Source: Parcubacteria group bacterium
GTDB lineage: Bacteria; Patescibacteriota; Minisyncoccia; Phycocordibacterales; Zambryskibacteraceae
Reading direction: 5' to 3'
Length of the DNA: 64,000 bases
Assembly: GCA_028286565.1 (NCBI GenBank)
Contig: JAQBRH010000002.1
Coordinates: 145,876-209,875, forward strand
Shown: in pieces, positions 27,145 through 35,872 of the stretch
Position numbering within the stretch: the stretch's first letter is position 1
Layout: every line of letters starts with the position of its first letter
Translations under genes and position numbers: made by a program
The notes under the pieces: generated by a model
What the model saw: the letters and a program-made list of their open reading frames with translations, nothing else
Database searches by the model: none
What the model was told of the DNA's origin: nothing

Positions 27145-27591
27145 TTACACTTCAGTGCGCAGAAGCTCATCGAGAGTCATTCCGCGAACCTGAGCGCAGT
27201 ACTCGAATTGGCGGAGGTAAAGTGGCTCCTCACGTCGGTCGTCCTTGGTGGTACCGACCCAGCGAAGTGAACACTTGCCAGCGATGGTCATCTTTTGATG
27301 GATACCATCCTTATCGGTCCCGACTTTGACAACATTCCCTTCCTCGAAGAGGGCAGTATAGAAAATCTTCTGCCCATCAGGGCGCACAAGGTGGAAATGA
27401 ATCAAATCGTCGCGACTAAGACTTGCTCCGATTTGATAAACAATGTTGCCGACAATCATCGAACCGTAGCCAGTGTTGAAATCGTACTGAGCAAGGTACA
27501 CGCGCTCGCCAGTGAGAACTTCGACTGCTTGCGAGATCATGCTGATGAACCTGCAGACGGTGGCGGTAAGGACGGGCTTCTTGTGTGACAT
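27145..27591 (-). CDS. Orphan hypothetical protein
   Basis: GGAGG SD, TTGACA-N17-TAAGCT promoter, downstream hairpin. Confidence 0.6.
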   Translation of the reverse strand: MSHKKPVLTATVCRFISMISQAVEVLTGERVYLAQYDFNTGYGSMIVGNIVYQIGASLSRDDLIHFHLVRPDGQKIFYTALFEEGNVVKVGTDKDGIHQKMTIAGKCSLRWVGTTKDDRREEPLYLRQFEYCAQVRGMTLDELLRTEV

Positions 27592-27609
27592 GACAACCTC
27601 CAGTTCAGG

Positions 27610-27671
27610 AAGTGTACTCAGGTTACCCTGAGCTTCCGCAGTTCTGCGGAATGTGAAAGAGCGCTACACTT
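27610..27671 (-). promoter_or_regulatory. Structured 5' leader (three-stem junction), candidate cis-regulatory RNA
   Basis: AAGTGTA/TACACTT encloses TTCCGCA-GAAC-TGCGGAA and CTCAGG-GTAA-CCTGAG. Confidence 0.45.
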
Positions 27672-27708
27672 GTAGCTTATCATATAAAATAGTATTTGTC
27701 AATAGTTA

Positions 27709-27869
27709 GCTCCGCGGCTAGGCTCTCGACTACCGTCGCGGGTGGTTTTCGATCTCGATCTACTCGATAACGAAAACCCTTTCGAGCCCTAGACGCAAGC
27801 AGAGTCATCTGCTTGCTCCGGCGGAGCCGCAAAGCAAAACCACCCTCTTCGGGTGGTTTGTGCCAGCGG
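27709..27869 (-). mobile_element. Structured tRNA-Asn 3'-associated mini-element
   Basis: Ends in a 14-bp direct copy of the tRNA 3' end (27709..27722); contains a split antisense copy (27781..27792 and 27818..27830) and several hairpins. Mobility is inferred. Confidence 0.6.
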
Positions 27870-27942
27870 CTCCGCGGCTAGGGCTCGAACCTAGGACCTA
27901 GCGATTAACAGTCGCTTGCTCTACCAGCTGAGCTACCGCGGA
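27870..27942 (-). tRNA. tRNA-Asn(GTT)
   Basis: TCCGCGG/CCGCGGA acceptor stem, anticodon arm AGCGA-CT-GTT-AA-TCGCT, GGTTCGAGCCC T-arm. Confidence 0.96.
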
Positions 27943-28019
27943 ATTCTGAAATCATAATCAAAATCTTGCATTCGAGCAAGTTTTGGCTATGCTGTCTACG
28001 GACCCATACCCCTCGATGA

Positions 28020-28313
28020 ATGAGAATCAAGCGCGACCCGAAAAATCCCCACGGCGGCATAGTCTACTTTTCTACCCAGGAACTGCTCGACTACGGGTGT
28101 TCCCTGGCTAACCTGCTCACTGAACGAGATGTGAAAGAAGAGGCGGACTCCGGACTCGCCGGGATCCGCCTCGATAACCTGGGCAAGATCATCCTGTGGT
28201 TCGAGATACGAGTCCTGACCGACGAGGAAAGGAGGCTCTGCGACCACCTCCGGGTGGTCAAAGAAAGCATCCACCTCAAGCCCCGCATCGCTCTTGTGCA
28301 GGATGATTCGTAG
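28020..28313 (+). CDS. Orphan hypothetical protein
   Basis: TTGCAT...TATGCT promoter, 97-aa ORF, hairpin overlapping the stop. Confidence 0.5.
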   Translation: MRIKRDPKNPHGGIVYFSTQELLDYGCSLANLLTERDVKEEADSGLAGIRLDNLGKIILWFEIRVLTDEERRLCDHLRVVKESIHLKPRIALVQDDS

Positions 28314-28349
28314 ACGGAATTTTTTCGTCTTTTTTGTTATAATAAACAC

Positions 28350-28907
28350 ATGAAAAAGATCATCGGCCTCATCGCTGTGGTTCTCCTCGGCTGGGCAGTA
28401 TGGCACGCATACAAAACTTCTACCGCTCCCCAGGGGGCGGCTACAAGCACGGGGGCTACGGCTTCTGTCACTACCAAGCACCCGGATGCATCAGGAGCCG
28501 CCTTTATATTTGAGGACGGGGCCATCACCTTCAAGAACGGGAAATCAGAAATAAAGCTCCCGGACAGTTCGGCTCTCCAGGCGACAGAACTGACGAACAC
28601 GCTCGGATACGGAGATCTCAACAATGACGGCAAAGAGGATACGGCCGTAGTTATCATCCAGACCGGCGGAGGGTCGGGCACCTTCTTCTATCTCGGCGCC
28701 TATGTCTCGGGACCCCTCGCCTACAAAGGTTCGAATGCGGTCTTCCTCGGTGATCGCATCTCGCCTCAGACCGTATCCATAAAGAGCGGGGTGATCACCG
28801 TTACCTACCTCGACAGGAAACCCGACGAGCCGTTCGACGCAGAGCCGACGGTAAAAACTTCAAAGACCTTTATCGTGTCCAAGGGAGAACTTATCCCCAA
28901 AGAATAA
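28350..28907 (+). CDS. Membrane-anchored/secreted hypothetical protein with GDLNNDG motif
   Basis: N-terminal TM, YGDLNNDGKEDTAV..GGGSGTF.YL, LGDRI; TATAAT-N6-ATG. Confidence 0.75.
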   Translation: MKKIIGLIAVVLLGWAVWHAYKTSTAPQGAATSTGATASVTTKHPDASGAAFIFEDGAITFKNGKSEIKLPDSSALQATELTNTLGYGDLNNDGKEDTAVVIIQTGGGSGTFFYLGAYVSGPLAYKGSNAVFLGDRISPQTVSIKSGVITVTYLDRKPDEPFDAEPTVKTSKTFIVSKGELIPKE

Positions 28908-29021
28908 AACAACCTTGTTTGACACTCGGCAAGCTCGGCGGTAGGATTCTTCGTTAGATCTGTACCGTAGCACTCCGCCCGCTGTACCCTCCCCACAGTT
29001 CTACCTTTGGAGGAAGTGCCA

Positions 29022-29189
29022 GTGCCAAATCAGCAGGAGACTCAGGAACCCAGGCCTCCGGTCCCGCCGCGCACCTTTCGTCGTCCGGCAGACCTCGCCT
29101 CGAAGCTCGCGAGATCCGAAGCCTTTCGGGCCACCCTCTCGACCCTCATCCGGCAAGCCGAAGCCGAGTCTCCCCCACCCTCCAGCTGA
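29022..29189 (+). CDS. Orphan small Pro-rich protein
   Basis: TTGACA-N17-TAGGAT promoter, GGAGG SD before GTG, terminator; start uncertain. Confidence 0.4.
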   Translation: MPNQQETQEPRPPVPPRTFRRPADLASKLARSEAFRATLSTLIRQAEAESPPPSS

Positions 29190-29262
29190 TCCGAACCTCC
29201 CTCGCCCTCCTAGGGCGTTTTTCATTGCTCAAATAAGCTTTTTGTGCTTTAATTGCATCCTT

Positions 29263-31047
29263 ATGGAAATCAGAAATATTGCGATCATCGCGCACGTCGA
29301 CCACGGCAAAACCACCCTTACGGATGCGTTAATGCGCCAGACCGGCATGGTCGAGGAAGGAGTATCAATGGACTCGAACGACCTTGAAAAGGAGCGAGGC
29401 ATTACTATCTATTCGAAGAACACTTCGATCTTCTACAAGGATACGAAGATCAACATCGTGGACACTCCCGGCCACTCCGATTTCGGCTCCGAGGTCGAAC
29501 GCGTGCTCCGCTCGATCGACACGGTGCTCCTCGTCGTCGACGCCCAGGAAGGCCCGATGCCTCAGACTCGTTTCGTGCTTAAAAAGTCCCTTGAGCTCGG
29601 ATTGAAGCCGATCGTCGTCATCAACAAGATCGACAAGCCGGCCGCCCGACCGGAGATCGTCCACGAGATGGTCCTCGAGCTTTTCCTTGAACTCGGTGCG
29701 AACAATGACCAGATCGACTTCCCTACGGTCTATGCGATCGGTCGAGAAGGCGTAGCCAAGCGAAATCTCTCGGACGAATTCAAAGATCTCACTCCGATGC
29801 TCGATGTCGTCCTTGAGCACGTTCCTCCGGCTGCCCAAAACCTCTCCGTTCCAGCTCGACTTCAGCCCTTTAACCTCGCCTATGACAACTTCCTCGGACG
29901 CCTCGCCATCGCTCGCATCTATGAAGGGACGCTGAAGAACGGACAGGAAGTGTTTGTGAAGAAACCGGATGGCAAAACGATCAAAGGCAAGATCACCAAG
30001 CTCTATACATTCGAAGGCATCAAGAGAATAGAAGCCGCTGAGGCCATCGCCGGAGACATCTGCATGTTTGCGGGTATTTCGGATATCTATATCGGAGACA
30101 CGGTTGTCGGAGACGAATCGGTCGAAGCCCTCCCGGTCATCAACGTGGACGAACCGACCATCTCCCTTAACTTCTTCGTGAACGACTCTCCGTTCGCGGG
30201 CAAGGAAGGCAAGTTCGTCACCGGCCGCCAGATCCGCGAGCGGCTCGAAAAGGAGCTCGAGGTGAACGTCGGACTCAAGGTCGACTTCTCCCAATCAGAT
30301 CGAATGACGGTCTACGGACGAGGAGAGCTTCATATCGCCATTCTCCTTGAGAACATGCGCCGAGAAGGATTCGAGATCCAGGTCTCCCAGCCCCACGTTA
30401 TTATGAAAGAAGAGAACGGCAAGAAGATGGAGCCGTATGAGGAAGTGGTCATCGACGTTCCCGAAGCAACTTCAAGCACCGTCATCTCAACTTTGAACAC
30501 GAGGCGCGCCCAGCTCATGGATATGCGCACGGAGAACGGACAGACCCGCCTCACCTTCGACGCACCTACCCGAGGACTCCTCGGATACCGCGGACAATTC
30601 GTCGTTGATACTAAAGGCTTGGGAATATTTTCATCCAGATTTACAGAATTCAAGGACTATGCCGGCGTGATCGACCACCACGATGTCGGATCGATGATCT
30701 CCATGGAGAACGGCAAGGCCCTCGCCTTCTCGCTCGATAATCTCCAAACTCGCGGAGTGCTCTACATCGCCCCAAGCGCTGAGATATACGAAGGCCAAGT
30801 GATCGGCAACACCTCAAAGGGAGACGACTTGTACGTAAATCCGACCAAGGGCAAGCAGCTCACGAACATGCGCGCTTCAGGGTCCGACGACAGCATCTTC
30901 CTCGTCCCGGCTTGGGAACTCACCATTGAACGGGCCATGGAGATCATGAAGGACGACGAATACATCGAGATCACTCCAAAATCCACTCGCCTCCGCAAGA
31001 AATTCCTCACTCAGCAAGACCGCTCCAAAGCAACCAAAAAAAGCTAG
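29263..31047 (+). CDS. typA: Translational GTPase TypA/BipA
   Basis: [53 protein letters not shown]. Confidence 0.97.
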   Translation: MEIRNIAIIAHVDHGKTTLTDALMRQTGMVEEGVSMDSNDLEKERGITIYSKNTSIFYKDTKINIVDTPGHSDFGSEVERVLRSIDTVLLVVDAQEGPMPQTRFVLKKSLELGLKPIVVINKIDKPAARPEIVHEMVLELFLELGANNDQIDFPTVYAIGREGVAKRNLSDEFKDLTPMLDVVLEHVPPAAQNLSVPARLQPFNLAYDNFLGRLAIARIYEGTLKNGQEVFVKKPDGKTIKGKITKLYTFEGIKRIEAAEAIAGDICMFAGISDIYIGDTVVGDESVEALPVINVDEPTISLNFFVNDSPFAGKEGKFVTGRQIRERLEKELEVNVGLKVDFSQSDRMTVYGRGELHIAILLENMRREGFEIQVSQPHVIMKEENGKKMEPYEEVVIDVPEATSSTVISTLNTRRAQLMDMRTENGQTRLTFDAPTRGLLGYRGQFVVDTKGLGIFSSRFTEFKDYAGVIDHHDVGSMISMENGKALAFSLDNLQTRGVLYIAPSAEIYEGQVIGNTSKGDDLYVNPTKGKQLTNMRASGSDDSIFLVPAWELTIERAMEIMKDDEYIEITPKSTRLRKKFLTQQDRSKATKKS

Positions 31048-31141
31048 TCCAAGGCGGTTCCTTGGCAAAAACGGTCCAAATTCGCGTTCTAAAATAAGGC
31101 TTAAAAGTTATCCCCACCTCCAAGGCGGGTCCTTGGACTAG
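31044..31141. repeat. Inverted pair of REP-like CCAAGG-N5-CCTTGG palindromes between convergent stop codons
   Basis: ctagtccaagg (31044) and ccttggactag (31131); related copy at 49225..49245. Confidence 0.6.
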
Positions 31142-31887
31142 AGGATATATTCGCCGACTCGGGTGCGCTTGATGGAGTATGCCAGGGCGCCCGTCTCGAA
31201 GTAGTCGCCCATGTCTTTGGCGAGGCTTCGTATGTACGTCCCGCTTGAAACACTGGCGGTAAATTTGGAAATGAGGAAATCGGCTTCTTTGGATAGCCGA
31301 ATCGTTTCCTGCCAGCCGCCGATGATCTCGTCTTGTCTAAAATCGCCCTTTACTAATTCGATCCTCGGAATGATCTCGTCGAGCAGGGCCTGTTTTGAAA
31401 TGAGGCGAGTGTCCTCATGTTGTATGGAAAATATCTTGATCCCCTTTTGAGGCACGTCTATCTCCTCGATCTTTTTCTCGCGGGCCCATTCAAACAGCGG
31501 TTTGCCTTCAACCGTTCGCGATGAATATGGAGGGTACACTTGGACCTTTTTCTTCCCTATCGTATCCAAGAGGCTCGGCATCCGCTCCTCAAGCTTTCGG
31601 GGCATCGCTCCTGATCCGTTCGTTACCACTCCAAGGATGTCATACGTATCGGTCTCAAATCCCCACAAGACCTCGAACTCATAGGTTTTGTCCGAAGCAA
31701 GGTAGATATCCTTGTCCTTCGTATTCCCCGCGAGGACTAAAAGCAGCCCTTCGGCCATCGGGTCGAGCCGGCCGAGGTAGGTCATCTTCTTCTCCTTATA
31801 TTCCGGCTTCGCGACTCGAAACCGCTCGATGCATTCAAGCGGCGTTTCGCCCATATTCTTGTATAAGGTGAGGACTTCTCCGGGCAT
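31138..31887 (-). CDS. truB: TruB-like tRNA pseudouridine synthase (no PUA domain)
   Basis: GRLDPMAEGLL catalytic motif, ETDTYD..G, PPYS....GKPL, SSGTYIRSL. Confidence 0.85.
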   Translation of the reverse strand: MPGEVLTLYKNMGETPLECIERFRVAKPEYKEKKMTYLGRLDPMAEGLLLVLAGNTKDKDIYLASDKTYEFEVLWGFETDTYDILGVVTNGSGAMPRKLEERMPSLLDTIGKKKVQVYPPYSSRTVEGKPLFEWAREKKIEEIDVPQKGIKIFSIQHEDTRLISKQALLDEIIPRIELVKGDFRQDEIIGGWQETIRLSKEADFLISKFTASVSSGTYIRSLAKDMGDYFETGALAYSIKRTRVGEYIL

Positions 31888-31932
31888 TGGGCAAATATAG
31901 CACAAGAAAAGAGCCCCGGACGAATCGGGGCT

Positions 31933-32298
31933 TTATTTGCGCGAACGCTTGTTGAAGGAAGTGAAGGCGTCCACTCGGCGCGCTTCATCGAAAAGATCTC
32001 TTTCCCTCTGCGACGCCGGAGGAATTTTCCTGAACCATTCGCCGCATTTCTGGCTTAGGTCGTGGCTCAGCTTGGCGTGCATGAGGATCACGGTCGACGA
32101 ATCATGCGAGACGAATCCTTTGGCGTCCAAGGTGTTCATCATCACGGGTAGGAACTCCTCGTAGCCCTTGAGCATGATCGAGCATTCGCTCGGAGGAGCC
32201 ATGGCGGAGGGGGTTCGACCGCTCTTCGGCGATACGACGATGAGGGCGAGTAGACATGCCGCCGCACCGCTTTTGGCCACCATTGAAACATTGATCAT
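31933..32298 (-). CDS. Orphan putative secreted protein
   Basis: Hydrophobic N-terminal segment; terminator AGCCCCG..CGGGGCT; start uncertain. Confidence 0.45.
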   Translation of the reverse strand: MINVSMVAKSGAAACLLALIVVSPKSGRTPSAMAPPSECSIMLKGYEEFLPVMMNTLDAKGFVSHDSSTVILMHAKLSHDLSQKCGEWFRKIPPASQRERDLFDEARRVDAFTSFNKRSRK

Positions 32299-32402
32299 GG
32301 ACGTACCTTGGATGAAAGGTGCCTGATCGTTCAACAAAGTCTCGACTCATTCAATAGGAAAAGGCCTGGCGAGTCAAGGCTATAATTTGCTATACTTTCA
32401 CC

Positions 32403-33494
32403 ATGTCCAAGCTTGATACGGCCCCATATAAGGGCGTCCGGGATTTCTATCCCGAAGACCAGTTTATCCAGAATTATATTTTCGGCGTTTGGAGAAAGAC
32501 CCTCGAGCGATCCGGCTACGAAGAATATAACGCTTCCATCCTCGAATCGACCGAGATCTACAAAGAAAAATCGGGCGAAGAGATCGTGAACGAACAGACA
32601 TATACTTTCAAGGATCGGGGAGACCGCGATGTGACGCTCCGCCCGGAGATGACCCCCACGGTCGCCCGCATGGTCGCAGCACGCAGACGCGAACTCGGCT
32701 TCCCGCTCCGCTGGTATTCGATCCCCAACCTTTTTCGCTATGAAGCTCCTCAACGGGGACGGCTGCGTGAACACTGGCAATTGAATGCGGATCTGTTCGG
32801 AGTGAAGACCATCGAAGCGGACATCGAGATGATCGCCGTCGCCCACGCTATCATGAAGAACTTCGGCGCCAAGGACGAGGACTTCGAGATCCGCCTGAAC
32901 ACCCATTCATCCAAGGAGGACCTCGAGCAGGTCATCATCGGCCTTAAGTTCTCGGGCATTGAGAACGTCCGGATCGACGGGACGCTCGCCCGGGGCCAGG
33001 CGTACTACACGGGCGTGGTCTTCGAATTCTTTGATACAAACCCCGCAAACCCCCGCTCGATCCTCGGCGGAGGCAGATACGATAACCTTACGGCGCTCTT
33101 TGAGGATCACGAGATGCCGGCAGTCGGATTCGGTGCTGGTGATGTGACCATCAAAGATTTCCTTGAAACGCACGATCTCCTCCCGGAATACCGCCCGGCT
33201 ACAGATTTATTTTTGACTCTGAAGAGAACTGAAAATATCCAGATGATCGTGGATTTCTACAAAATGGTCGCCGAGCTTCAGAACGGAGGCATCAATACGG
33301 CCACCGACGGCAGTACGAGGGAAAATGGCGATATCTATAAAGCGGTCGAGCGACTTAAGATTCCCTTCGTTTCTTTCGTCGACGAGGAGGCTCTTACTAA
33401 AGGAGTGATCGTTATAAAGAACATGAAGACTCGAGAGGAGCACTCCGTCACTGTGAGCGAGACCGAGAAAATAAAAGAAATAGTCAAAGCCTAA
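32403..33494 (+). CDS. hisS: Histidine--tRNA ligase, shortened
   Basis: KGVRDF, LRPEMT, FRYEAPQRGRLRE..Q, ARG..YYTG.VFE, GGGRYD, PAVGFG. Confidence 0.92.
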   Translation: MSKLDTAPYKGVRDFYPEDQFIQNYIFGVWRKTLERSGYEEYNASILESTEIYKEKSGEEIVNEQTYTFKDRGDRDVTLRPEMTPTVARMVAARRRELGFPLRWYSIPNLFRYEAPQRGRLREHWQLNADLFGVKTIEADIEMIAVAHAIMKNFGAKDEDFEIRLNTHSSKEDLEQVIIGLKFSGIENVRIDGTLARGQAYYTGVVFEFFDTNPANPRSILGGGRYDNLTALFEDHEMPAVGFGAGDVTIKDFLETHDLLPEYRPATDLFLTLKRTENIQMIVDFYKMVAELQNGGINTATDGSTRENGDIYKAVERLKIPFVSFVDEEALTKGVIVIKNMKTREEHSVTVSETEKIKEIVKA

Positions 33495-34069
33495 TGCGTA
33501 AAATAGTCTTCGATATCGAGACCCGCAATGTATTCGCCGACGTCGGGAAGAACGATCCGACGCTCCTCGACATTGCCCTGGTCGCCATCCATGATTCGGA
33601 GACGAACGAGTTTTCTTCATACCTTGAAGAGGATCTGCCTAAACTTTGGCCCATCATCGAGCGAGCGGACATGCTTATCGGGTTCAACTCCGACCACTTC
33701 GATGTTCCGCTTTTGAACAAGTATTATCCCGGGGATCTTTCCAAGATAAAATCTCTTGATATTCTGAAGGAGATCCAAAAATCCTACGGCCGCCGGATGA
33801 AGCTCGATCAGCTCGCCGAAGGCACATTGAACAAGAAGAAATCCGGGCATGGCCTCGACGCCATCATGTGGTGGAGGCAGGGAGAGATCGAAAAGATCCG
33901 CACGTACTGCATCGATGACGTCAGGATCACCAAGGAGATCTACGAATATGCGACTGCCAATCAGAAGCTTCTGTTCAAAGAAGGCGGGAAGCTGAACGAG
34001 ATCAAGCTTGATACCAGCGAATGGGAAAAGCCGAACGAGAATATCCTAACCTTTACCCTTCCTTTTTAA
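33494..34069 (+). CDS. RNase H-like (YprB/DEDD) exonuclease-domain protein
   Basis: FDIET, GFNS.HFD.P, YC..DV acidic motifs. Confidence 0.8.
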   Translation: MRKIVFDIETRNVFADVGKNDPTLLDIALVAIHDSETNEFSSYLEEDLPKLWPIIERADMLIGFNSDHFDVPLLNKYYPGDLSKIKSLDILKEIQKSYGRRMKLDQLAEGTLNKKKSGHGLDAIMWWRQGEIEKIRTYCIDDVRITKEIYEYATANQKLLFKEGGKLNEIKLDTSEWEKPNENILTFTLPF

Positions 34070-34087
34070 TTTCTTTTTAACTTTCCT

Positions 34088-34552
34088 ATGAACACATTTT
34101 TTATTTTTGGAGCGAAATACCTTGTTGCCCTTTCTCTCCTCCTCATCCTCTGGTTTTTCTGGAAATTACCCCGGGAGGAGAAAAAAGGTTTTGCCGTCGT
34201 CGGAGTTGTCTCCGCCATTCTCTCGTTTGTCATAGCTAAACTCGTTTCCCTCGCCTATATGGACCCGCGGCCGTTTGTCGTAAACCACGTCGCCCCGCTC
34301 ATCCCTCATGCGGCGGATAACGGCTTCCCTTCCGACCACGCTCTCCTTGTGGGTGTCCTCGCCGCGGTTGTAAGCCTCTACGATCGGCGATTCGGCGTAA
34401 TTCTCTGGGTGATCGCCCTCATCGTGGGGATCTCGCGAGTTTTCGTCGGAGTGCATCACCTCGTCGATATCCTCGGAAGCTTCCTTATCGCCATCCTTTC
34501 CGCCTATGCGGTCAAAAGGCTATATTCGAAGCGCACAAATGCTACAATATAG
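34088..34552 (+). CDS. PAP2-family undecaprenyl-diphosphatase (BcrC-like)
   Basis: PRPF, FPSDH, SRVFVGVH. Confidence 0.85.
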   Translation: MNTFFIFGAKYLVALSLLLILWFFWKLPREEKKGFAVVGVVSAILSFVIAKLVSLAYMDPRPFVVNHVAPLIPHAADNGFPSDHALLVGVLAAVVSLYDRRFGVILWVIALIVGISRVFVGVHHLVDILGSFLIAILSAYAVKRLYSKRTNATI

Positions 34553-34570
34553 TTCATAAAATATAAACAC

Positions 34571-35362
34571 ATGGACCAAACATCAGCACCTAGGAAAGAA
34601 GACCGAAAACTTATTCCCCTCGCTATCGTTGTCGCCGGAGGATTGATCGCCGCCGCAATTTATTTCGGCGGATCACGGCCAGCTCCGATTGCACCGAATA
34701 CGAATACAGGAACCACGGCTACTATCGGCGCCATCGCTCCCGTATCTCCAAACGAGCACATCCTCGGGAACCCCGCCGCCAAGGTACTTATCGTCGAATA
34801 CTCGGATTATGAATGCCCGTTCTGCAAGAGCTTCCACACGACCGTTCATCAGATCCTGGATACCTACGGCAAAGACAACGTAGCCCTCGTCTATAGGCAT
34901 TTCCCTATCGCCCAGCTTCATTCCAAGGCTCCCAAAGAAGCCGAAGCGGCCGAGTGCGTAGCCGAGCAAGGAGGGAACACTGCCTTCTGGAAATTCACCG
35001 ACGAGATCTTCCAAAAGACCGGATCGAACGATACGCTTGATCCGCTCGAGCTTCCAAAAATAGCGGCTGATGCCGGCGTGGATGTCCAGAAGTTCAATAC
35101 CTGCCTCTCTTCGGGCAAATACACCCAAGCGGTGAGCGACGCCGTCGCAGCCGCCGTCAAGGCGGGAGGCCAAGGCACCCCATACTCTGTCGTGATCTTC
35201 AACAAGGACGTCTCCTCTTCACAAAAAACAGCCATCCTTAAAGGATTCGGAAATCAAGCAAGCGCCGTCACCTTCGATCCTGCAAAGAAAAACATGTTCA
35301 GCATGAACGGAGCTCTCTCCTTCCCGAACATCAAAGCCGCCTTCGACGTTCTGCTTAAATAA
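34571..35362 (+). CDS. DsbA-family thiol:disulfide oxidoreductase
   Basis: EYSDYECPFC, YRHFP, GTP cis-Pro loop; N-terminal TM. Confidence 0.92.
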   Translation: MDQTSAPRKEDRKLIPLAIVVAGGLIAAAIYFGGSRPAPIAPNTNTGTTATIGAIAPVSPNEHILGNPAAKVLIVEYSDYECPFCKSFHTTVHQILDTYGKDNVALVYRHFPIAQLHSKAPKEAEAAECVAEQGGNTAFWKFTDEIFQKTGSNDTLDPLELPKIAADAGVDVQKFNTCLSSGKYTQAVSDAVAAAVKAGGQGTPYSVVIFNKDVSSSQKTAILKGFGNQASAVTFDPAKKNMFSMNGALSFPNIKAAFDVLLK

Positions 35363-35403
35363 AAAAGACCCGCTTCGCGCAAAGCGCTAGGCGGGTCAAG
35401 GCA

Positions 35404-35724
35404 CTACTCCTCAGGATCGTCATCCTCGAAGTCGAGCTCAACGTCGTAGATGGAAGCAAGATACTCCCATTCAACAGCGCTGCTCTTGCGATATTCGAGA
35501 AAGTAATTGTATTCATACATACCCACAGGGCCTTCTAGTCTGCGGTGTGGAATACAATACTCGACACAGTAGCGAATCAAATCTTCTGTAGAAGACTCAT
35601 CGCTCCAAGTCCCTCTGTCGAGGATCCGTTCTCTCTTATCCGATACAATGTTCTGCAAACTGCCTGGACCGTCTTCGTACTCGATTCGGTTTCTGTACTC
35701 GGTTTCGATCAGTCTGTATTCCAT
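35404..35724 (-). CDS. Orphan acidic hypothetical protein
   Basis: AGGAGG SD, TTGACT-N17-TAATAT promoter, structured leader. Confidence 0.6.
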   Translation of the reverse strand: MEYRLIETEYRNRIEYEDGPGSLQNIVSDKRERILDRGTWSDESSTEDLIRYCVEYCIPHRRLEGPVGMYEYNYFLEYRKSSAVEWEYLASIYDVELDFEDDDPEE

Positions 35725-35872
35725 ATCTTCCTCCTGTTAGGGTAAAAAGACATGGATGACTCGTTCTTGGTCCTTTCGGATGGGGCGAGTCCCCCTTACT
35801 GCCTTCCGCTGTACCCCGTAATCGGAAGCCGGATCTGGAAGTATATTAGCACATATAATATTAAAAGTCAAG

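Noticed and set aside
24465-27870. Prophage
   Set aside because: Only an XRE regulator and orphans; no integrase, structural or packaging genes
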